A DNA stretch of 64,000 nt from Klebsormidium nitens. Taxonomy: Eukaryota > Plantae > Klebsormidiophyceae. The translations under genes and the position numbers were made by a program. The notes below the pieces were generated by a model. It did no database searches. It was not told the origin of the DNA and saw only the letters and a program-made list of their open reading frames with translations. The DNA lies in the NCBI GenBank assembly GCA_000708835.1, contig DF236987.1:124001-188000 (forward strand), written 5' to 3'. This document shows positions 1 to 12,180 of the stretch, in pieces; the first letter of the stretch is position 1; each line of letters begins with the position of its first letter.

Positions 1-657
1 ACATTCATCGTCCGGGATCGCATGCATGCTGGCTTTGTAATACGGGCAGCTGGCTTGGTACTCGTATATGATATTAATGTACGTAATCGATCATGGCCGC
101 CGCGCCGCATCAACTCTACACATGCACTAGCGCATGCGAGCTTTGTGCATAGCCTTTACAAACCATTCGATGATGTCCAGCGCCCATAATGAGTCGATCA
201 TTCAGGATGGATCGAGGCCCGGCCGCGTCTGCAGCGAGCGCGGTGCTGGCGCTTCGATTCGCAACCTGATAGTTTATAGCCCCTGCCACTGGTTGGGATG
301 CAAGCGCCTGCATCCCCTTGATTGGCCCACGGGCCAGGGGCTTATTATGCAAGTGCGTCCAACAAATATTCGACGCTGAGCGGGTGAACATGCGTCAATT
401 TTGCTGACGCATCTGAAATTTCTGACGTGAAGCATCACACAGCGTCTGGCAGCTCAATTTTGAACAAAGCGACCATTAGTAATAAGTCAGATTCACCGGC
501 ATCAGTCTGATCGCAAAAGCTTCTTCTTAACTCCTATCTAAGCGGCATATCTTGGCGAAAAACTGGTACCTTACACAAAGATACCGAATTATCTTGCCCA
601 CCTCAACCCGTCCCCACTGATCAACAGCAAAACTTGTGAGACAGCTTTTTCATCTCT

Positions 658-870
658 TCACTCAGCGCGCACGATGAGGACCTCCTGCAACTCGCTCAGC
701 TGCCGCCGCTCTAATTCGGCCGAGATCAACGCCTTCTTCTCTGCGACTGGCGCATTGCGCTTGGACAGGGCCAGGGGGCTCTCGCTGCGACTTTCCCCTC
801 CCTCTACTTCCTCCTGCGCCTGCGCCTGTGGATGCTCCCCCACATTCAAGGAACGACTGTCATCTTCTTC
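658..870 (-). CDS. Possible terminal exon of an unrecognised gene
   Basis: Acceptor-like TTTACTGGCAGCACAG precedes an open frame EEDDSRSLNVGEHPQAQAQEEVEGGESRSESPLALSKRNAPVAEKKALISAELERRQLSELQEVLIVRAE* with GC3-rich codons. No domain recognised and no upstream exons resolved. Confidence 0.25.
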   Translation of the reverse strand, partial: EEDDSRSLNVGEHPQAQAQEEVEGGESRSESPLALSKRNAPVAEKKALISAELERRQLSELQEVLIVRAE

Positions 871-1866
871 CTGTGCTGCCAGTAAAGAGAGCAGGCAAAC
901 CTTGATTCCTAGACAGTGCACGACTATGTAAACTATGAGAATCATCCATCCCACCGTCTCCATGAAAGGTACCATCTCGAGACACTGGAGTGGCTCTTTC
1001 TATCCAGCTCGTGTTCCTTTTGTCAGCCGCGCTGAAAAGGGTCTGTTGACACTGGTCGACTCTTCGAAAGCTTTCAAATCAGATGTATAGCTGATTGCGC
1101 TGCAGCAGCCCGCGCAATTCTTTTTATGCAGGCAAGATGACCGTTCATTTCAAAATTCTTCACGCTTCCTCCGATGCTGCAGGAAAGCAGACAGCACTTG
1201 CGAAGCTTGGAACCCTTTGAATGACAGTAGGAGAGTACGGAGGACAGTTTGCAGACAGCAGAAATCCGTCGTATCTGCCGTCTCTCCTTGACCAGGAGCT
1301 TGACCGTTCCACTTCCAGGTCGTTGACACAGATTCTCTCGTTCTCAATCACATTAATCTTCTTCTCGGTGGAACAGGCGTATGCATGCTCGAAGTGAGCT
1401 CCCAACGGTTGCGCATGCAGAATAGCACAACTGAGCTCCCAACTCGTAGCGCGCTGACGCTGACGACAGCAGTACATAATCAGCCTAAATTATAATCAGC
1501 CCTCAAAAGATTTATGTTGTTTAATAGCCACTCGAGAAGCCTCAATTAGCTCTGAGTTATTATGATTTGCCACAGCTCAATCCCAGGACGCAGCTAGGAG
1601 CTAGGTTGATGGTTGGGTTTCTGACCATTTGACAATTCGGGAACTACGACTTTACTGCTACAGATGAATTTCAAGCTGATAAGATCTTATATCCAAAGTA
1701 GCAGTTCGGATTACTTGAATCATTGTCAGATTTTGTCGTCGGATGTTGTTGACATGTGCTCGTCGGTACGACGCGTGTCAAAGAATCAGACCTTTAACTA
1801 GAGATCCTTTCACGCACTATTAAAACTCAGTAGGCTGGAGCCCCAGCACCAGCGCGGAAATACCGG

Positions 1867-2050
1867 TAATACTCGTGTGACATAACGGGCGTGACCTAAG
1901 ATACGAGCTACCCGGGCACTTCAAACTAAAATCCTAACCCGAATATTTACCCGCTCCGCACCCCAACCCACCCCTAACCACCATACCAACCGCACCCGTC
2001 CCCCGGGTGCCTATCTTAGGTCACACGGCTCTTAGGTCACACGAGAGTTA
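1867..2050. mobile_element. MITE-like / foldback element with imperfect ~37-bp terminal inverted repeats
   Basis: GTGACCTAAGAT (1891-1902) is the exact reverse complement of ATCTTAGGTCAC (2013-2024), and CTCGTGTGAC (1872-1881) of GTCACACGAG (2037-2046). The C-rich core (1952-2002) recurs inverted at 6155-6205. No target-site duplication identified. Confidence 0.55.
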
Positions 2051-3508
2051 TCGGAGTGGATTTGGACATCCAAAGAGTCGATTAAGTATCAACGCGGGGT
2101 GCTATCCGATCTCGAGAAACGGGAGACTCATAGTGCCACCTGTGACGAGAGCGTGACGTTGATGACTGTGGTCGGGGACCTACGTCGTAAGAGATACCAC
2201 AGCAATAGGCGCAAGGTACGCCAGCTGATCCAGTAGGAACTTCTGTGCTCCAATCAAGCAGGACTCTGAAAAGACCCTCACCATTCGATCAGAAAAACAG
2301 TTTCAAAAACGAGTCTTTTGGAATAAAGGACTTGAAGCTTCAATTGATTGACTCACTCGATCAACAACGGCGAAACTACAAGAGTGGGCAAGTAAAACCA
2401 GGAGCGAGCAGAAACGGATTCCTTGGCCAGCCCTCCAATTTAAGAAGCTCGAGTGCGCCTGAGGGATGCAGCACAGACGATAGTGCAACGGCAAGGTGCT
2501 AGCTCCAGGATCATTAATACGAAACGAACGAATTCCTTCGTTCACGTTCTCTCTTAGCGTACTACTAGGGCCGTTGTGAAAGCATTGAAGAGCACATGGT
2601 CAAACTCAAACAAAAGCACATTTTCTCGTTCGCGAAGTTGTCGAAAATATGTTGTAAAAACTCAGTTCCTGCGAACTCCTTTTGACATTTGTACCTGCAC
2701 TATGCTCGATCCATGCCTTCGCACTACGCACGTGGGCTTTTAGCTAGAAGTGTTCGTAAAAGAGCTCCGAGCCCGGCGCCGTCAACTTGGGTCACTCTTT
2801 GACGGCTGCACCGCCGCCCAACCGTCTCCACATTCTGCGTGCGACTACTGTTCGGGTGCATGATCACCGTCCACGTACTATGCCGGAATGAATTCTTCTC
2901 ATGATACGGGATTTATTGTACACAAAGATTTCATCAGACTCATTTTCATAGTTCAATTGCAAATCAAGAAGGAATGGCAAACCTGTGCTTGAAACACAAA
3001 CGTGGAATGCTGCATTACGATTCGCCAAGGTGGGCTGGGCTGCAAAGGTGCATCGGTCATGTGTCGGTGTTCGGTGTCTTGACGTAGAATGGAGTCGAGA
3101 GAAAACATAAAGACAACTTTTGAATTCCTTGAGCGGACACAGGAAAACGGAATATAAGTTGCCTGGGGCTTAAGCCGAAGGTACGACCAGTATTGTGTGA
3201 CCCTTTGCAGGATAGGATTATTCGTCAGAAGCTCAACATTTGAATTATACTTCAACTCGCTGCCTTAAGCAAGGCTAAATATCTGGTGTGAGCTTGGTAA
3301 CCCGTCAAAAACCTTTCTAAGTATACCCGAAAACCATGGCTCTCTGCACTCTCTGCACTCAAGCTCGACCGATGAACCAGGCCGGAGAAGCATAGCTCGA
3401 TTTCACTCCTGACAGCTAGACATACATAAATATCGAACCCTTTCCGGATCGAAACCGCGTCCATGAAGATTCCAAAGGAGCGTCGCACTGATCATAAGCG
3501 GGCGCGCT

Positions 3509-6500
3509 CTATGAGGAGATCACACTCCCGCCGGCGTTGGACCGCAGGAACTCGGGGACGCTCAGGATGATGAACTCGTTGTTGTCCACCTGGTTAGGGA
3601 CACGGCCTGCGAAAACCCAAACCAGGGTTACCAATCCTTCGACTTTGCTCAAACTTGATCGTTCGCTTTTTGCATGGGCTTTCGGGGTTTTTAGTCTTAG
3701 AGTTTGTGCACCGCAGTTCAGCGTTTAGCTCAACCATGCCCAGTTTGCGTCGAACGGAAAGGGCTCGCGGCTGAGAAGAATGGACACATCAAGCATCCTG
3801 TTTTCGCAAGCCTGACCTTTATGGAACTCTTGGACTCATTGCCGCCACTCGAACCTTCATCAAACAGCGGAGGCGAAGCGTGCGAAGGGGTCTTTTGACC
3901 CGATAAGAGCCAAACCATAACTAAACTTCAAGAGTAGACCTGGACACTGATCGAAACGGATCGTGAATTCATTTCCACACGGATGCTTGGCTAGCCCACA
4001 CCATCATTCACGCATCGCGCTGCACTTGCCGGAGAAGAGCACTTTGTTGACAACCAGGACCGACCGAGCATGTAGAATTCAACGCTCACTCCACGGACGA
4101 CGGACAAACAAACTGCTTCTCCAAACCACAGTTCTAACCGCAAAATAACCGGCGCTCACCCGCGGAGAAGGGCAGGTTGTTGTCGTTGCAAACGATGATC
4201 TGGCCTGCCGTGGCGTTGGACACGTCCACGCTCTCGATGGTCACGAAGGGGAAGGTGAAGCGACCGCCCACCAACGGAACCCTGCAGCGGAAAACGTGTT
4301 CGTCCGTTACTGAGTTGCTTTACTCAACCGGATTATAACTCTTACTGACTTGCTTAGCCTGATTGGATTTTAGATAGACGGCGTCTATGTTTTCTTTCTG
4401 CCCTGTCGTCCTCAAGCGCTTTGCGAGTATATCTTCAGAGGCGGAGTCAACTCGAAAAGCATTATTCTGGACTTTAGGGGATTGTCTCGTTGACGTATGT
4501 CCAATTACAAGCTTTGAACCTCGTCTGGGTGGCCGAAAAACCACAAACAATCTCTTCATCCTTCGTTCCCAGGACTAGGTCAACTTCAAAAGCCTTCCTT
4601 AGATGCACAACCCTACTCAACAATCGAAAAAATGGATCCCGTTGATCAACGGTTCAGTCCAAAAAGCTACGAAACAGTCGAGCAGAAAGCTCCGCTGAAC
4701 AAGAAGCGCCCCTCAATGATCCGGCAACGTTGCCGGTGCAAAAGAACGTTTGGCAGTTCTCATATCCAGAGACTTCTGAGTCCCCCACAACAGGAAGAGG
4801 GCCGTTGCCTGAATAAGGGTGCAAACGACCGGGCGCAAAATCACACTCTTCTGAAAGAGTACAGGCATCGTAAGTTGCTCTGATCAACGGAAGGAAAGCT
4901 TTGTATGGCATGCGAAGGTCGAAGGTTGCTTGTGCTTCGAGCAGTCAAGGTAGAGTTCTTCGCCGTCGAGCTTGTTAAGATAGTAATCTCAACTCCAGAT
5001 TGGCAGCTTTATGCGCCACACACCGGCCTAGGCTGGCGCCTTTATGACTCTCACCTGGAAACGGCGTTGGGGTCCGCAATGTCCAGAAGATCGATGTACG
5101 AGTTCTTGACTAAGAAACCGTCCGCATCCGTGTTGTTCAGGTTGATCATATAGATGCGCTTCAGCAGAGCTGCATTACAGGAAAACGGTATGAAGCGGAT
5201 TCAAACGAGAATGTGAGATCGTGACATCTGGGTTCAAGACAGCTCGAATCGAATCTTCCGTGCCGTACCTCCGGACTGTCTTACCGGACTGTCTTAATCC
5301 GACTTTCCTGTTGCGAAGTCTATGTGTGATCTTGAAATGGACAGATACGAAGTCTTTCAACCACTTCGCACTCTCATTCTGGCCTTTGGAAAACCCGATT
5401 GGATGGAACGGACGTGCTGAACAAGCAAGCACTCTCTTCGGCTCAAAAAGCACACAAAGTTAGTGCTGTCCCTCTGAATTACTCCAAGCCAGAGGAGTAC
5501 TTGAAGCCAGGTGGGCTATGAATCCAGGTGGATATGACTCCAAATCCGTGTTACTAATAACTTGCAAAGTTTCTCCAGGTTCAAGGACAAAACCGCCGTC
5601 ACCTGGGGTACCGAAGCAGTTGATGGTTCTGCCCGAATAGCAAGCACGACTGGAACTCAATACCCATTGGACAAATCAGGCTATGCGTCCGCTTTCGACT
5701 AAAACAACATCATGTCCAAGTCGAACGATTGCAAACCCAGAATTACTAAGAACCTGGAAGCGGTTTAGGGTACTTGCAAAATCGTTACACCCAAGTCAAA
5801 TCGGTCCTCACCGGGGGTGTCGAAGCAGTTGGTGGTGGTGGTCCCCGGGGTGCACGCATTCGCCCTGTCTCCCGCCCCGTTGTCGCGCTCGATGATCATC
5901 CCCCGGGTGGCGTCAACCATGTTGAAGTCACCAATGGCGTTGCCGTTGGTTTCTAGGGGGTACTTGTAGGTCGTGGACGTGAAGTTGCGGATGCTGAGGT
6001 CGAACTGCGCGGCGACACGTGGCACGAGCTTAGAGGGGGAGCTGTCTCGTCAAACGTGGCACGATGCGCGAACAGCCAAGAACTGCCTCCAGGCTGTGAG
6101 CTATCTTTCTTTTTTGATCGATCTTATGAATGGTATGCGCTATGAAGGGTAATTGGGACGGGTGGGGTTGGTTTAGGGGGTTAGGGTGGGTACGGGTGCG
6201 GAGCGTGTAAACCATTAGTCTAGGTTTCTAGTTAAGTTTGGCTCTTATCCTTCATGGTGCTCATACAATCGAAAATTACATCTTTTATGGAGCACCGAAT
6301 AGAAACCGAAGATGCGGGTAATGATTTCCAGCAAGAAAGGGGTTCCTGGTTTTGGGAGGACATTGACAAAACCTGTCTGAACCTAACAAGCGTAGAATGG
6401 AGCGAAGAAGCAACCCAATCGACGCGTCATAAGCAGACTGCGTTACGAGTAAATGAACTGTAGAGACGAGGAGCAGACACTTTGTTTCGAGCTGGAAAGT

Positions 6501-9500
6501 AACGTCCGTTCGTCCTACCGGACTGGAATGCAAGCACGTTAAGATAAACTCTGACAATTTAAAAATGTCAATGCGAACAAGCATACGAAAACGCTGGCTC
6601 GAAAAAAAAAATCGCAGCCCTTGGCAGGTGGGGAGACGGAGACGGTCAAATGAACTTTAAGAAATGGAACTGAATGGAATGGAACGGAACGGCACGTCAT
6701 CCGTTAGTGGATGGTGAACTGAAGATGTGGGACTGAGTTGGGAAGCACAAAATGAATTGCAATGTGCGCTGTGGCAGCAGAGCTTGCAGCTATAATCGAG
6801 GGGACGATTTTCGGATACGTCTGTGTAGCGACTGAAGTTTCACCACCTGCTGTGTGAGCCAACTGATATCACGACTGCCGACTCTATTCGTCAATGAGAT
6901 AACATCTCATGGATCCTCTTCGACCAAGTGTAACTGACTGGGTCAAAGTGCCGCATTGTACAGCTCTTTGCGTCAAACCTGCCATCGGGTTTCAGATGCT
7001 CCGATCATGGTCCCTGATTTTGGACTGTTCGATCGACGACAAGGCAGGCATCGGACGGCCCAAGATCAGGAACCACGCTCCGAGAGTCTGGAACCCGATG
7101 GCAAGTTTGATGCAAACAGCTGAACGCTGAAAGCAAGGGTAAAGTTTCACTTAGTCGCCAGGCGATTCTTACTTGCATGATGCGAAGGAACTCCTTGCCA
7201 GCTGGCGTCTTCTCGTAGGTCTTGGCGGTATAGTTCCAGAGCGGTCCCTCCAGCAGGGGGTAAAGGTACCGGCCATCGGGCGACTGAGCCATGCCCTCGA
7301 AACCCTTTGAGTGCTTCAGCTCGTACACTGCAAAAGCGCATGGGATGACGTCAGGATTTTGTACTCGTAGATGCTTTTCTTTTGGATATTGCTCGTCGAA
7401 GTTGGAAAGTGGTGCAATCTCTGCTTGTGACGGGTTGACAAGATATTGCAACCAAGTCTTTGACAGTCATGCTCGATGAGCGTCGAGAGATGTGTTTGAA
7501 TGTTTGCCGGTTCAGTCGTCTCGACTCTCAAGAAAAGCTAGCCATCGAGAGATGGCAGTGACAAGCAGGCCCTTTCAGGATTTGTTACTGGTCACTCCTT
7601 TGACGCTGCTGACAAAAACTGTCTTGGCCCTCATATTTCTGTGGCAAACTCTGTAATTTTTGAAGAGGATCACTTTCCCCAAAGAATGACGAGTTTTCCA
7701 TGAAGATGTAATTACCTTAACGGTTCTGAAGACGTTTTTTTTGGAATATTTTCAGCTGTCCATCAGACTTGGAGATACGAAAAGGCAACGAAGTGCCTGG
7801 CATTCCAGATTCCAACCTAGAAATGCTTGAGCGAGCAACACATTGCTCCTTATCCGAGACACCAAAGTGGTCGCGACTCACCAGGGAGCGACGCGTCGGG
7901 GTTGGGCAGAATGAGCTTGTCGTTGTCGGGGCTGCGCACGGCGCCGAGTCCGGGTACCACGGTGTCGTAGAAGTTAAGGACCTGGAAAAGGAGGGTTATG
8001 ATACGGTTGATCTCTGGAAGGACCGGGGAAAAGGAGGTCATGCTATGGTTAATTTCTGGACGGACTGGGGAAAAGGAGGTTGTGCTACGGTAAATCTTTG
8101 AAAGGACCTGGAAAAGAGAGGTTATGATATGGTTAAAGCTCTGGAAGAACCTGGAAAAGGAGGTCATGTTACGGTTTGGTCCGTTTAAGGATCATCCCTG
8201 ACTAGCTCTGGTTTAGCCGAAGACCTGGGAAAAGGGGGTTATGATGCAGTTAGTCGTGGTGAAGGATCAGCCCTGACTAGCGCTGGTTTATTTGAAAACC
8301 TGGAGAAAGGGGGTTAAGATGCGATTAGTCTTTGTTAAGGATCAGCCCTGACTAGCGCTGGGTTAGTCGAAGACCTGGGAAAAGGGGGTTGAGATGCGTT
8401 TAGTCCCGGTTAACTGGACCAGCCCTGACTGGCGCTGGTTCTGCCGGAGACTTAGTTTGTGCGTTCAGCGATATCAGGTAGGCCTCAGCCATGTGATGGT
8501 GTCTCGACACGGGAAAAAGTTCACAGATTCTAGCAGAAGCAAACCATAAGAACGGCTCGTGGCCATTCTTCCTGTGGCACGAACTGCACGCGTAACGAGA
8601 GTGATGCATCAATACACAAGAATCTCTCAAAACTCGTAACGGCTTGGAGGCGTCTAGACGTTGAATCCAACGAACTAGACGAAAGTCGCGAGCACTTGAA
8701 TCCCCTTCCGTTCACCATTTTTTCTACTGCGCACCAAAGACACAAATCCGTCCTCTTTGGGAGATGTGGCGCCGTAAACGGCGTACTGGTTGTCACGCCC
8801 CGATTACGAAAAGAGAACAACAAGCATCGAACTTACTAGCTTTACCATGTAATATTCCACTTGGTTTTAAAAGGCTACTGTAGTGCCCTGATTACAGGCA
8901 ACCAATGCAAAACCTAATCCCAAGCCCGCCGGTGGGTACCCGGTTCGGACGCCCGGTACGTACCTTGCCGTCCGCAGCGTTGACCTCCAGGAGGTACGGA
9001 CCAAACTCGTCACCGAACCAGTAGCTGGTACCAACCGGCTGGATGGACTCAATGTCGAAGTCGGAGCCGGTCAGGTAGCGCTTGGACGTGTATTCGTTCT
9101 GCGAATGAGAGGGTTGGGAGTAAGATTACGTGTCTTTTTGGGTCGTGGAAGCGTCTCGATATCTGCTATGAGAGTCTTTCGGACGTGCTCTTATTGTTGG
9201 ATGTATTTCCTTTGTGTGGGTAAGACGGGGGGGGGGGAAGGCGTGTCGTTCGAGAGTCTTTCGAGAGTCTCAAGAACCGCGTTTTCAAAAGCACGTCCCA
9301 GTAGAGGCACGGTGGATCGAGTCCAGAGTAAGTCTGAAAAAGGAGACCATATCCATCAAAATGGGTCTTCAATTGAGGGAAAACATTCAAAGCGCGATAT
9401 CGTTTAATTGGACGTTTCCGTCGGAACCAATCTCAAAGCCTACTTCAGACCGATCTCAGTCCGGGATTTCTTTTTCGGTGCGCCACACGGGGCGCTTACC

Positions 9501-12180
9501 TTGATGAGGAAGGGCACCTTCTTGTCTGGGTCGTTCAAAAAGATTGTTTTGAGGAGGGTGACGTTCCCGGCGCCAAAGTTGGGCTGGGTGACGTAAGCCT
9601 GGAGGATGAGATCAGGCGAGTTTGGCTTGTTGCCGAACCTGCATGTGAAGGAGCATTGCGTCATTAGCCATCGTTTGTAACGACATCTCCTCCCAAGGTG
9701 CCTTCTTTTCTCTTCGCTGCAGTCGAATCAGAACTGAGCTTCTCGGGGCAGGATACAGCGGCGGAGTGTGTTTCAATTGGTTCTTCTATAGCTGTTATAT
9801 GCTCCACCTATCGAGGTTCGTGATGCATCGGGAGAAGATGGTCACCTCGGTGGAAATCGGGTCTAGGCCGTTTTTCAATGGGAATTGCAAGGTACGAAGG
9901 GTGTCTCAAGCTTGGCAAACAGTTCCCCACAACTCAGAAAGAGGAGCACTGTCGCTACAGGAAAGCCAAACAACCTCTCACCCTGGTTGCCTCCCACTCT
10001 CTTGCGCAGCAGGATTGAAGCTGCTTTGAGCCACTCCTCTAGTACGCCAAAAGTTAGGCCACAAGAACGTCCGATTCTTATCCAGGCTAAACAAACTTGA
10101 GGAGAAAGAGAAGTTTAGCAAAAAGATAAGAAAGGTTTTCAGGTGAAAGGAGGATTTAGGAGAAACTATGCAAGGAGAAAAGAAAGGTGTTTGGGATAGT
10201 GTCCCGACCCGTTATCCTGCAAGTGAAGGTAGGTCCCATTGCCCAGGGTCTTGATCCCCGAGAGCCCTTGTAGCGGCTGGCCAACGAACGGGTACGACAG
10301 GCCGGTCGGTCTCACAACGGTGCCATTGCCGTCGGTTCCGACAAAGGCCCCGAGGGTGTCAATCCTGCAAGAGTGGAAAGGAAGCGGATTGACACCAATT
10401 CGAGAAGGCTGCGGGAAACTTATGACATAAAGATGTCTTAAGAAGTCAAATATTGAAGACTTCTGCCACTGGAGTTAAAGGCTTTGCCACAGTTCTAACT
10501 AAGCCATTTGAAGAAGTACATCTTATATCAGAGAAGAGCTTTGACATTCAATATTCAAAGCAATTTCAAAGCTGACTGCTTTGCAGCCGATACAACGCCG
10601 TTCAACCAAGTTGCACGCCTGGTAAACAAGAGCTTAGCCAGTAACTATTCAAGCTTGGTGTTGGGAGGACAACCTTTCCTGTCTTCTTCTGAAAAGATTG
10701 GTTGGTACCTTCCCAATTGCTGCCTTGCATTATTTGGGGTGATGCAAAGCAAGCCACATCCAAGGCCCTCAAAGACAACTTTTGTGCATTGTCAACATGA
10801 GCGAGGAGAGAAGATAAACAATCAGTCTTACATTGATACCAAAGCAGATTGAACTCCTGAAGGATCTCCACTAGCTCACCTACGGTTACCGTTGGTCCCG
10901 CTGCAATACTTGCATGAGACATTGAGCTGCGCAGGCGCGTCAGCAGGGGGCGCCTGGAATGTGTTGGCCGGGATGAGAGCATGGCCGACCAGAGTGGCAT
11001 TGTACTTGGTAGCGGCGGTAGCGGGTGCTGCTGCTGCAGGGGCAGGGGCCGTTGCGTTCTGGAGAAAGAAAGTCAGTTTTCAGTTGAGCAATCTGCTGGA
11101 TCGTGCTAACCACCTTGATGGACCGGACTAACCAACTTGGTGGACCTTGATAAGCTCCCTGTTGGACCTGCTGGTCAGGAAAGACTGACGAATATACTTG
11201 GTCAGCAGAGAGACACTAAGAAACCAGATTACTTGAGCTGAAGAACCAGATGGAATATTGGGAGTCTACCAACTTGGTCAGGTTGAGGAATGCGCCTTAC
11301 TTTGAGTCGCTATCAATGGTTTGCTGCCAAACTTGAGCTTTGCGAGTTTGGTACACTAGGCGTCCAACATTACTAAAATGGGAAGAACCATTCCTTTTGT
11401 AGGGAGTAGAAGCTGTGTCTAGGTACTCTGGTATGCTTTCCAGAACGTTGAAATGAGGAGTCTGAATTGTGCTGTTAAGGGGCAACGTGAGACCCCAGTG
11501 ACTCCGGTCTCCAGACTAGAGAAGGAGGGAAAGCATACAGTTTTGCAATGTCAGGACGTCATTAGGCAAAGTGGAAATGATGCATGCACCAAATGGATGG
11601 CTGTCTGCTCTGCAAAGAGTTCCTTCTCTCCTCTTGCTTTCCCTGTCTTTTCTACGTGTCTTTCTCGCTTACCTGCTCTCTACCTGATCTGACATCAGAA
11701 CTTTATCAACCTCTTTATTCAAGTGTGGCCAGCACCTTAGTTCTGCCAGGAACATTCATGGTGATAGATATAGAGGCAATGGGAAAAACACTATCTCTGA
11801 GAAACGAAGCAACTTTCGGAGACAAAGCGCTCCGGGTTTGATTGGGGGCTGGGTTTGATTCAACCAGTCAGCCTGCCCCCCACTCTAAAACAGTTTGCCA
11901 TGAACAAGTGGTAACTGATAATGTTTGCAGGCTTGACTCGACCTTGAGCTCCATAACTTGCCACCAAACGAGCCTTTCAAAAGCAAGAGCGTAAAGCTAA
12001 GTACTTGAACATAGATAAGTGTGATGGAGGGTCAGCAAATGGTGTGTCAGCAAATCCCTTTTCAGAGAGTCAACAGCGACCAAGTGCAGCAATGCCAGGT
12101 GAAGAACATACCTGTGCGCTGACGGCGGTGAAAGCAGCCACCGCGACCAGCACCAGCAGAGCAGACCGAGCAAACGCCAT
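3509..12180 (-). CDS. Secreted phytase-like domain protein (esterase-like activity of phytase family), 11 exons, 486 aa
   Basis: Exons: 12112-12180, 10880-11058, 10209-10364, 9500-9638, 8964-9098, 7882-7981, 7173-7327, 5812-6004, 5055-5169, 4160-4281, 3509-3606. All GT-AG and phase-consistent, 1461 nt. Signal peptide MAFARSALLVLVAVAAFTAVSAQ. Family-typical motifs QPLQGLSGI, QDNGFGNKPNSPD, RYLTGSDFDIES, GDEFGPYLL, SKGFEGMA, YPLLEGPL, IGDFNM, IIERDNG, FPFVTIESV, CNDNNLPFS. Confidence 0.9.
6155..6205. repeat. Dispersed G-rich repeat, inverted copy of 1952-2002
   Basis: GGGACGGGTGGGGTTGGTTTAGGGGGTTAGGGTGGGTACGGGTGCGGAGCG aligns with the reverse complement of 1952-2002 (GGGACGGGTGCGGTTGGTATGGTGGTTAGGGGTGGGTTGGGGTGCGGAGCG). 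Confidence 0.7.
7982..8450 (-). repeat. Tandem array of copies of the acceptor site of exon 6 of the phytase-like gene
   Basis: About 7 extra copies of (minus strand) CCTCCTTTTCCAG|GTC. Spacing is about 42 bp near the exon and about 75 bp further away. Confidence 0.85.

Noticed and set aside
2100-2520. Fragmented protein-like frames next to the foldback element
   Set aside because: Multiple stops and no recognisable transposase or other domain.
6015-6064. Two ACGTGGC (ABRE/G-box-like) motifs in an 11-bp direct repeat
   Set aside because: They lie at an intron 3' end far from a promoter and could easily occur by chance.
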